Source of the DNA: a bacterium
GTDB lineage: Bacteria > Arandabacterota > Arandabacteria > Arandabacterales > JALGWA01
NCBI GenBank assembly: GCA_050125095.1
Contig: JASFEA010000093.1
Location: forward strand, 1 to 12,225
Length of the DNA stretch: 12,225 bases
Direction of reading: 5' to 3'
The translations under genes and the position numbers were made by a program. Shown in pieces: positions 5,840 through 12,225 of the stretch. Every line of letters starts with the position of its first letter. The first letter of the stretch is position 1. The notes under the pieces were generated by a model. That model was given only the letters and a program-made list of their open reading frames with translations. It made no database searches and had not been told where the DNA came from.

Positions 5840-7885
5840 ATGGATTTCATACACAGTCAGGCGGGACGGCACGATCCGGATCCCCGGCGAACCGGGCATT
5901 GTGAGCCTGACAGGCAGGCGCCGTGGGTGCGCTGGCTGTATGGCCACACGGTTGTCGCGGGCCTCCTGGCCTTGTGCTGGCTTCTTCTTCGAAGCGGCAC
6001 CAGGCCGACAAGACTCGCTTATCCGTGCCAGAAGGCGGCGCTTTCCACCGCGACGCTGGCCCTTGGCGTGCCTTTCACGATGGCGGCCCTTGGCATCAGG
6101 CAATGGCTGTCGAAGCATATCGGGAAGTGGGCCCTGGTGGCTGTCGGAGTGGGCTTCGCTTCGCTTCTGGCTGTCACGGTGAGCGGGTATTTTGCCGCTT
6201 CGCCTGAATACCGCGGACCCGTGCTCAAGGCCCCTGCGGACTACCGGGCGGAAGTATTCAGCGTGACCGACTGCCAGGTCAGGCCGGCCGGCAACGGCCA
6301 TCTCGGCATCAACAACCTGCTCGCCCTGATGGGCCGGCGGGGGCTCAGGTTCTATGAATCAACTGTGGACTCGCTCGTATCCGGGCCCGGAGGCATAATC
6401 GGCGCGGACGACGTCGTCGTCATCAAGATCAACTACCAGTGGACGCAGCGCGGGGGCACCAACATAGACGTACTGAGCGGCGTGGTACGCAAGATAATAG
6501 AGCACCCGGACGGCTTCACCGGAGAGATCGTGATATGCGAGAACGGCCAGTTTGTCCCCCTGGAGGGTTTCGACCGCCTGGAGAACAACGCCAAGGATCG
6601 CACCCGGTCGCCCCATGACGTGGTCCTCGAGTTTCAGGCGCTGGGCCACAATATCTCCCACTATGACTGGACGCTCGTGAGATTCGACTCCGTCGGGGAG
6701 TACTCGGCGGGCGACATGACGGACGGGTACATACTGCATGACTACAATCCCGAGGTCGGCGGGCGCGTGTCCTATCCCAAGTTCCGGACTGACTACGGTA
6801 CATACATCAGCCTGAAGCACGGGATATGGGACCCGGTCGGCGAGACCTATAGCCGCGACGACTTCAGGTTCATCAACATTCCCGTCATCAAGTCGCACTC
6901 GGCCGAATACGGCGCGACGGCCAGCGTGAAGAACTACATGGGCGTCGTCACCATCGAGCTGGACACGCGGTCCCACGATGCCGTAGCAACGGGGCTCATG
7001 GGAACTCTGCTGGCCGAAATAGAGCTGGCCGACCTCAACATCATAGACGCCATGTTCATCAACGCGAATCCGACGAGCGGTCCGGCGACGTCCTATACCC
7101 AGGCAAGCAGGTATAAGCAGCTCGCAGCGGGGGTCGACCCGATCGCGCTCGACATCTGGGCCGTTAAGAACATCCTCATTCCCGGATTCCTCGCGAGGGG
7201 CTTCAGCCCGCCCTGGCCGGACCCGAGCGCCGACCCGGATGACTCAACGGGGGCATTCAGGGAGTACCTGGATAACTCCATGTACCAGCTGCTTGCGGCG
7301 GGCCATACCTTAACCAATGACACAACCAACATAGACGCCTTCTTCGCAAACGGCAGGGCCGGCGATTTCGATGATGACGCCGACTGCGACTCGGTCGACT
7401 ACGAGCAGTTCTCGCTCTGCTTCACGGGCCCCGGCGGCGGCCCGGTGGATTCGCTCTGCTCGATCGGCGATATGGACGGGGACGGGGATGTCGATTGCGA
7501 TGACTGGAGCGTGTTCAGGTTCGCGTGGACCGACTCCGGTCCGATACCCGACCTTCCGGACTGCGGTGGGGCCGGAATAGATATGCCAGTGGACGGCCCT
7601 GCCCTTCCGGAAGGCCCCTGCAGCAGCGCGTATCCCAACCCGGCGGCGATGGAGACCGAAATCAGTTACAGCGTGGGTCGCATGGGATTGGTCCGCCTGG
7701 CCGTCTACGATATGAACGGGCGCCTGGTCAGGAAGCTGGTGGACGGGCCGAAATGTACGGGCGACCACACCGTGACCTGGAATGGCAGAAATGACGCGGG
7801 GGAGCGGGTGGCGGCCGGGATATACTTCTACCGGCTTTCCATGCCTGCCAGGAGCGAGAGCCATAAGATAGTGATTTCAAGGTGA
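5840..7885 (+). CDS. DUF362 domain protein with hydrophobic N-terminus, dockerin-like (EF-hand-like) module and FlgD-Ig/T9SS-type-A-like C-terminal domain
   Basis: SD GGAGGT at 5830-5835 before ATG 5840. DUF362-type motifs VVIKIN, IVICENGQ, INIPVIKSH, TASVKNYMG, LNIIDA and DPIALD. Paired Ca-loop motifs GDFDDDADCDSVDY and GDMDGDGDVDCDDW. The tail reads AYPNP...TEISYSV...LAVYDMNGRLVRKLVDG...VTWNGRNDAGERVAAGIYFYRL. Confidence 0.82.
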   Translation: MDFIHSQAGRHDPDPRRTGHCEPDRQAPWVRWLYGHTVVAGLLALCWLLLRSGTRPTRLAYPCQKAALSTATLALGVPFTMAALGIRQWLSKHIGKWALVAVGVGFASLLAVTVSGYFAASPEYRGPVLKAPADYRAEVFSVTDCQVRPAGNGHLGINNLLALMGRRGLRFYESTVDSLVSGPGGIIGADDVVVIKINYQWTQRGGTNIDVLSGVVRKIIEHPDGFTGEIVICENGQFVPLEGFDRLENNAKDRTRSPHDVVLEFQALGHNISHYDWTLVRFDSVGEYSAGDMTDGYILHDYNPEVGGRVSYPKFRTDYGTYISLKHGIWDPVGETYSRDDFRFINIPVIKSHSAEYGATASVKNYMGVVTIELDTRSHDAVATGLMGTLLAEIELADLNIIDAMFINANPTSGPATSYTQASRYKQLAAGVDPIALDIWAVKNILIPGFLARGFSPPWPDPSADPDDSTGAFREYLDNSMYQLLAAGHTLTNDTTNIDAFFANGRAGDFDDDADCDSVDYEQFSLCFTGPGGGPVDSLCSIGDMDGDGDVDCDDWSVFRFAWTDSGPIPDLPDCGGAGIDMPVDGPALPEGPCSSAYPNPAAMETEISYSVGRMGLVRLAVYDMNGRLVRKLVDGPKCTGDHTVTWNGRNDAGERVAAGIYFYRLSMPARSESHKIVISR

Positions 7886-7922
7886 AACAGAGACGGGCCC
7901 ATCCATAGCGACCCCACGGACA

Positions 7923-7961
7923 GGCGGCGCACTCTCTATGAGCGCGCCGCCCTCTCGTTTT
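7923..7961. terminator. Probable intrinsic, possibly bidirectional, terminator between convergent genes
   Basis: Stem GGCGGCGC-A-CTC / GAG-C-GCGCCGCC (7923-7951) with a 5-nt loop. The A.C mismatch becomes a G-U pair on the minus-strand RNA. It is followed on + by CTCTCGTTTT. Confidence 0.55.
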
Positions 7962-7992
7962 GAAACGTGCTCAGGGTCCCCGGCGACCGGTG

Positions 7993-8733
7993 CTATTCGA
8001 TGGTTATGCTCGAGCCGCCCGGGTTGGAGTTTATGACCTCGATTGTGATCGAGTCCCCGGGGACGTCTCTTTCCATCTCCCCGACGGTTATGTCTATGCG
8101 GCTTACACCATCATCCGCCATCTCGACCTTGACGTCGGCCATGCTGGCGCCGTTGTCGATGAGCGCCTGGACTATGGCGGCCTCGAGTTTTTCTTCAGAC
8201 ATCCCCTCGCCGTTTACGACGATGCGGCCGCCTGAGGCCCATGCAAGCACATTCCCGCCTATTGTCTTCACGATTTCGTGGGCCGAGACTCTGTAGGCGC
8301 CGGAGCCCCCGGGAAAATCGGCGAGGGCCGCGTCAGCGATGGCCCTGGCTTCCTCGGGGCTCTTTCCCCAGAACCCCAGCCTCAGCACTATATTCTCTTC
8401 GACCTTCTCGGAACTCGAAGTAACGAGCCCGTCCATGTGAGGCAGCCCGTTCGCCAGGACATGGAAATTGGCGTCCGTGGCGGGAATCTCCGCGCGAACC
8501 AGCGTACCGACCCGAAGGTCATATGAGACCGGTACGAATACAAGGCCCACCAGAATCACCGCGGACATACCGGCGGCCACGGCCGTTCTCCGAATTACTC
8601 TGTTCATCTTCTCTTTCCTCCTCAAGCGGATTCGCGCGCGCTCAAGCATCGCGTGCATATGCCCGGGGGGAAGGACCTCCCGCGACAGATCGCGAAGTCC
8701 GCCATCAATTCGCTCTGACGAATGCGACGGCAT
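7993..8733 (-). CDS. Putative anti-sigma factor (short cytoplasmic N-terminus, one TM helix, extracytoplasmic domain)
   Basis: ATG 8733 with GGAGG upstream, overlapping the sigma factor stop by 29 nt. About 45 soluble residues, a basic patch, TM TAVAAGMSAVILVGLVFVPV, then an acidic C-terminal domain. The function is inferred from position and topology; there is no HxxxCxxC ZAS motif. Confidence 0.7.
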   Translation of the reverse strand: MPSHSSERIDGGLRDLSREVLPPGHMHAMLERARIRLRRKEKMNRVIRRTAVAAGMSAVILVGLVFVPVSYDLRVGTLVRAEIPATDANFHVLANGLPHMDGLVTSSSEKVEENIVLRLGFWGKSPEEARAIADAALADFPGGSGAYRVSAHEIVKTIGGNVLAWASGGRIVVNGEGMSEEKLEAAIVQALIDNGASMADVKVEMADDGVSRIDITVGEMERDVPGDSITIEVINSNPGGSSITIE

Positions 8734-9220
8734 GATCACCCTCCTCTCCCGTAAGTTGCTCGTAAACCTCGCGCAGCCTTACTCTGCCGCGCGCCAGCCG
8801 GCTCTTTACCCCCGAGACCGTCACGCCCTGTAACCGGGCGATCTCCTCGATCGACATCCCCACTACCTCATAGAGGACGAGAGCTTCCCGCTGTTGGTGG
8901 GGAACGCCCTTCAGTGCCTGACGCACGGCCTCTTTTTCCTCGAAGGCGATTCCCTCCCGCGCAGGGACGTCTGCCGCGCGGTCGAGTGAGAGCCATCTCC
9001 GGATCCTGGCCTTCCTGGCCCTGTTGCGGTGCGCGTTGCGGATAATCTTCAGCAACCAGAATTTGAATTGGCCGGGGTTGCGGAGACGGGGATAAGCCCT
9101 CCACGCGCGGATAAGCGCGTCCTGGAGGAGATCGTCGCCATCGGTCTCTGAACCTTCCAGCCCCCTTGCGTACCTGACCGCGTCCAGGTAGACCCTGTCC
9201 AGCTCTTCTTCGAATCCCAT
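8705..9220 (-). CDS. ECF-subfamily RNA polymerase sigma-70 factor
   Basis: 171 aa. Region 2 DGDDLLQDALIRAW...FKFWLLKIIRN. Region 4 QREALVLYEVVGMSIEEIARLQGVTVSGVKSRLARGRVRLRE. AAAGG upstream of ATG 9220. Confidence 0.95.
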   Translation of the reverse strand: MGFEEELDRVYLDAVRYARGLEGSETDGDDLLQDALIRAWRAYPRLRNPGQFKFWLLKIIRNAHRNRARKARIRRWLSLDRAADVPAREGIAFEEKEAVRQALKGVPHQQREALVLYEVVGMSIEEIARLQGVTVSGVKSRLARGRVRLREVYEQLTGEEGDHAVAFVRAN

Positions 9221-9256
9221 CGAGTCAGCGCCTTTCGTCGACTTGGTTCACACTTA

Positions 9257-9286
9257 CTAGACCCACATAATGGCCGGAAAGTTGCA
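9257..9286 (-). promoter_or_regulatory. Candidate ECF-dependent (autoregulatory) promoter
   Basis: The minus strand reads TGCAACTT-N17-TCTAG (TGCAACTTTCCGGCCATTATGTGGGTCTAG), with the AAC -35 core and a GTC/TCT -10 typical of ECF promoters, 36 nt upstream of the sigma ATG. Confidence 0.65.
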
Positions 9287-9308
9287 TATATTCATCGGGA
9301 ATTCGAAG

Positions 9309-9337
9309 TTGAAGGCGGCCTCTTGCTGTGCTATACT
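9309..9337 (+). promoter_or_regulatory. Sigma70-type promoter with extended -10 for the large repeat protein
   Basis: TTGAAG (9309-9314), 17-nt spacer ending in TGC, TATACT (9332-9337). SD GGAGGT follows at 9359-9364. Confidence 0.75.
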
Positions 9338-9370
9338 GCCCGTGGGAGTTCCCCCGAGGGAGGTGCTGCG

Positions 9371-12225
9371 ATGCACAAGGTCCTACCCGTCCTACCCGTA
9401 TCCGGAATTAAAGCGCCGGCCGTCTGTCTGATGGCGTTGTGTCTTGTTCTCATTCCCCTCGCTTCGCTCGCCGATTGGTTCCCGAGCGGAAGAGTGACAT
9501 ATGATCCCGCGAGCTCTGCGACTTCGATGAATAACGCCTGGTGCGCGGCCGGAGACGATTCAGGCGCATTTCACATAGTCTGGGAAGACCGGCGGGACGG
9601 CAACGCGGAAGTGTATTACAAATACTACGATGGGGCCGCCTGGGGCGCCGACCTTCGCCTGAGCGCGCTGGGTCATGACTCCAGCGACCCGGCTGTGGCA
9701 TCCGCTCACGGCAAGGTGCATGTCGTGTGGAGCGACAGGCGCGACGGTTACTCCGAGATATATTACAGACGATTCGACGGGGCGGCCTGGGGCCCTGAGA
9801 CCAGGCTCACGGTTTCGGCCGCGGAGTCGGGCGAACCGTCGATCTGCGCCGCCGACGGCAGAGTACATGTGACATGGATTGACAGCAGAACGGGGACACG
9901 CGAGGTCTATTACAAATGCTGGTATGGCATCGGCTGGACGCCCGACGAGCGTATCTCGGCAACATCGGGTACGACGTTCCAGCCTTCCATAGCGGCCGAA
10001 GCCGGGGCGACCGTCCACGTCCACGTCGCCTGGTACGACTATACCCTGGCCGAACGGGGGGTGTACTACGCGTATTACAACGGCTCCGCCTGGGAGCCGC
10101 AGGAGCACATAACAACGGCGTCCACTTCCAGCCAGAATCCGAGCATAGGTGTCGATGACAGCGACAGGGTACATTTGGTCTGGCATGACCAGCGGGATCT
10201 GGACTTCGAGATCTATTACAAGTGCCGGGAAGATTCCGGGTGGTCGGACGACCGGAGACTCACCAGCTCGGCCGGGTTATCCCGGAACCCCTCTGTTGCG
10301 GTGGGCGGCGACGGAGCCGTGCATGTAGTATGGCAGGACTATCGCACCGGTAATCTCGGAATCTATCACATGGCCTTCGACGGAGTAGATTGGAGCGCGC
10401 CGGCGGCGCTGTCGGATATGTCGCGTTCGTCCATCAACCCGTCCATCAGCGCGGGGTCCGACTACCTCGGTGTCGTATGGTATGAGGACCTGGGCGGCAA
10501 CTCCGAGATATTCTGGACGCGCACTTACGAGGGCCCGTTTGATCCCCCGCAGGTCGCCTCGGCTGATCCGGACAGCGCGATGACCAATGAGATAGTCCAC
10601 GGGCTCGATATAACGGGAAGCGGCTTCATGTTCCCAGATTCGGTCTGGCTGGAAAAGGACGGTGAGCCGCGGGCCCTGGCGGACAGCGTGGTGGTCGCCT
10701 CCGCCGGGAGCATAATCTGCAAGCTCGACCTGCACGGCGTCCACTACGGCGCGTGGGACATCGTGGTGAAAAATCCAGACGGACAGACGGCCCGGCTCGA
10801 CTCCGGCTTCACGATAATGCCTCTGTCGGAGGGCCCCTACATAACATCGGTCTCCCCCGGCAGCGCGATGACCGGCACCATCACGGGCTATATCGACATG
10901 TTCGGCATCAACTTCATAGACCCGGTGTCTGTATGGTTCACAAGGAACGGCGAGACGGGCCCGGACGCCTTCGACGAGTCCGCTGAGAGCGCCGAGTGGG
11001 TTACTTTCAGGATGGACCTCGGCGGCATAGCACCGGGGGAATATGACGTCGTTATCCAGAATCCCGACGGCATGACCGACACGCTGGCCGGAGGCTTCAG
11101 GGTGCTGCCGGGTTGGTCGGCAACGGTCAGGCTCACCGACGATCCCGGCGACAGCCGGCTGTCCGGCACCCACGCGCGATGCATAGCCGCCGACGCCGAG
11201 GGCAGGCTCCACGTCGTCTGGTACGACTCACGGCACGGCGACCCCGAGATATACTACAAGCGACACAACACAACAACATGGGAAAGCGAGCAGCGACTCA
11301 CGAGCAGTGCGGGGCTGGCCACAGACCCTGCGATTGCCGCAGGTCCTCCGGCGGATCTGCACGTGGTCTGGACAGACACCAGGGACGGGTATGAAGAGAT
11401 ATACTACTTAAGATACAGCGGGGGCGCATGGGGATCGGCGACGCGGCTTACGGGCGCCGACTACGACGCGCATACGCCCGTGGTCGCGACCGACGCCGGC
11501 GGCGACGTGCATGTGGCCTGGTGCGACCGGCGCGACGGCATAGGCCAGGTATATTACATGAAGTGCGAGGGCGCGGTGTGGGGACCCGAAGTCAATCTAT
11601 CCTCGAGCGCCGAGCCGTGTAGTGAACCCTCAATAGGAGTCGATGGTCCCGGCACGATTCACGTAGCATGGGTTGCCGGCCTGGCCCAGATGGAGGTCTA
11701 CCACATCGCAAATGACGGGACATGGGGGAGCGTCACCCAGCTCAGCAACGCCTGGCAGCACGTGAGGACGCCGAGCGTATACGCCACGGAGACGGGCAGG
11801 GTATTGGTGACCTGGCGGCAGGAGATAGAATACGTAGGCCACGAGATCTATCTCCGGGAGTACGACGGCGGCGCCTGGCAGCCCTTCGAAGAGGTGACCG
11901 ACATGGGCTCCTGCGGTCAGGCCAGCGTCGTCGCCGATGAAGACGGCAATATACATCTGACCTGGCGTTTCTACTACTCGGGTGACCGGGATCTCTATTA
12001 CAGGATGTACGACGGGGCGGCATGGTCCTCCCACGTCGCCATAACCGACTGCCCGAGCTGGACGGACAAGGCGTCTCTCGCGCTGGACCCGGAGAGCACT
12101 GTGCACATGGTGTGGGAAGATGACAGGGCCGGCGACTTCGATATCTATTACGCATACAGGGACGCCCCGGGCCTGGCCGGGGTGGCCGGCCGCGATGCCC
12201 CGGTCCCTCTGCCGGGAGCGCTTGA
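9371..12225 (+). CDS. Large secreted protein with two 7-repeat beta-propeller-like (BNR/sialidase-like) domains separated by two IPT/TIG-like Ig domains, 3' truncated
   Basis: Translated by hand: frame open from ATG 9371 to the window end (951 codons, no stop), which is why it is missing from the ORF track. SD GGAGGT; signal peptide ending ...LIPLASLA|DW. Fourteen repeats of PsI...vHVVWxDxRxGxxEIYY...xxW. Two Ig-like repeats containing DIVVKNPDGQT and DVVIQNPDGMT. Confidence 0.92.
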   Translation, partial: MHKVLPVLPVSGIKAPAVCLMALCLVLIPLASLADWFPSGRVTYDPASSATSMNNAWCAAGDDSGAFHIVWEDRRDGNAEVYYKYYDGAAWGADLRLSALGHDSSDPAVASAHGKVHVVWSDRRDGYSEIYYRRFDGAAWGPETRLTVSAAESGEPSICAADGRVHVTWIDSRTGTREVYYKCWYGIGWTPDERISATSGTTFQPSIAAEAGATVHVHVAWYDYTLAERGVYYAYYNGSAWEPQEHITTASTSSQNPSIGVDDSDRVHLVWHDQRDLDFEIYYKCREDSGWSDDRRLTSSAGLSRNPSVAVGGDGAVHVVWQDYRTGNLGIYHMAFDGVDWSAPAALSDMSRSSINPSISAGSDYLGVVWYEDLGGNSEIFWTRTYEGPFDPPQVASADPDSAMTNEIVHGLDITGSGFMFPDSVWLEKDGEPRALADSVVVASAGSIICKLDLHGVHYGAWDIVVKNPDGQTARLDSGFTIMPLSEGPYITSVSPGSAMTGTITGYIDMFGINFIDPVSVWFTRNGETGPDAFDESAESAEWVTFRMDLGGIAPGEYDVVIQNPDGMTDTLAGGFRVLPGWSATVRLTDDPGDSRLSGTHARCIAADAEGRLHVVWYDSRHGDPEIYYKRHNTTTWESEQRLTSSAGLATDPAIAAGPPADLHVVWTDTRDGYEEIYYLRYSGGAWGSATRLTGADYDAHTPVVATDAGGDVHVAWCDRRDGIGQVYYMKCEGAVWGPEVNLSSSAEPCSEPSIGVDGPGTIHVAWVAGLAQMEVYHIANDGTWGSVTQLSNAWQHVRTPSVYATETGRVLVTWRQEIEYVGHEIYLREYDGGAWQPFEEVTDMGSCGQASVVADEDGNIHLTWRFYYSGDRDLYYRMYDGAAWSSHVAITDCPSWTDKASLALDPESTVHMVWEDDRAGDFDIYYAYRDAPGLAGVAGRDAPVPLPGAL
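9473..10530 (+). repeat. Protein-level tandem repeat block 1 (7 blades, about 47-50 aa each)
   Basis: FHIVWEDRRDGNAEVYY, VHVVWSDRRDGYSEIYY, VHVTWIDSRTGTREVYY, VHVAWYDYTLAERGVYY, VHLVWHDQRDLDFEIYY, VHVVWQDYRTGNLGIYH, LGVVWYEDLGGNSEIFW. Boundaries approximate. Confidence 0.85.
11111..12165 (+). repeat. Protein-level tandem repeat block 2 (7 blades)
   Basis: LHVVWYDSRHGDPEIYY, LHVVWTDTRDGYEEIYY, VHVAWCDRRDGIGQVYY, IHVAWVAGLAQMEVYH, VLVTWRQEIEYVGHEIYL, IHLTWRFYYSGDRDLYY, VHMVWEDDRAGDFDIYY. Boundaries approximate. Confidence 0.85.

Noticed and set aside
143..7864. Other overlapping alternative-frame or antisense ORFs (e.g. 143-658, 579-1277, 2740-3444, 4532-5443, 5714-6301, 6359-6976, 7310-7864)
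   Set aside because: They lie almost entirely within well-supported genes, show no recognisable motifs and many have Arg/Pro/Gly-rich off-frame composition.
9380..9399. Short tandem repeat GTCCTACCC x2 in the signal peptide, and GTCCAC x2 near 10013-10024
   Set aside because: In-frame two-copy micro-duplications (9 and 6 bp) that cannot cause phase-variable frameshifts.
9560..12155. Long minus-strand ORFs (9560-10186, 10277-11212, 11630-12106 and others) in the ORF track
   Set aside because: They are antisense shadows of the real + strand gene at 9371, which has a promoter, SD, signal peptide and clear repeats. Such shadows are expected at high GC.
9473..12165. Periodic repeats as a CRISPR array or DGR template/variable repeat
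   Set aside because: The repeats are degenerate, protein-level units of about 140-150 nt in an open frame. I saw no identical DNA repeats, adenine-specific paired repeats, cas or reverse transcriptase genes.
12223..12225. Terminal TGA as the stop codon of the propeller gene
   Set aside because: It is out of frame: the last full in-frame codon is CTT at 12221-12223, so the gene continues beyond the window.

Overview
A GC-rich bacterial chromosomal window with nine supportable protein-coding genes. I found no RNA gene, CRISPR array or mobile element. In order: (1) a 5'-truncated membrane-anchored PI-PLC-like phosphodiesterase; (2-3) a two-gene unit behind a near-consensus sigma70 promoter, made of a 93-aa hypothetical protein and an ArsR-HTH/DUF2087 regulator; (4) a DUF819-type membrane protein; (5) on the minus strand, a secreted endonuclease I family nuclease with a T9SS-type-A/FlgD-Ig-like C-terminal tail; (6) divergently, a DUF362 protein with a dockerin-like module and the same kind of tail; (7-8) on the minus strand, an ECF sigma factor and a putative anti-sigma factor with a candidate autoregulated ECF promoter; (9) a large secreted protein of at least 951 aa, absent from the ORF track because it runs off the window, with two 7-repeat beta-propeller-like domains separated by two IPT/TIG-like domains. 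High GC together with several secretion-tail proteins suggests an FCB-related lineage such as an Eisenbacteria- or Krumholzibacteriota-like candidate phylum (inference only). The most notable signals are a perfect internal Shine-Dalgarno/ATG inside the anti-sigma gene that could yield a second isoform, a shared AG[VI] junction motif before the sorting tails, a double-tailed DUF362 protein, and a 9-4-9 operator-like palindrome between two divergent genes.
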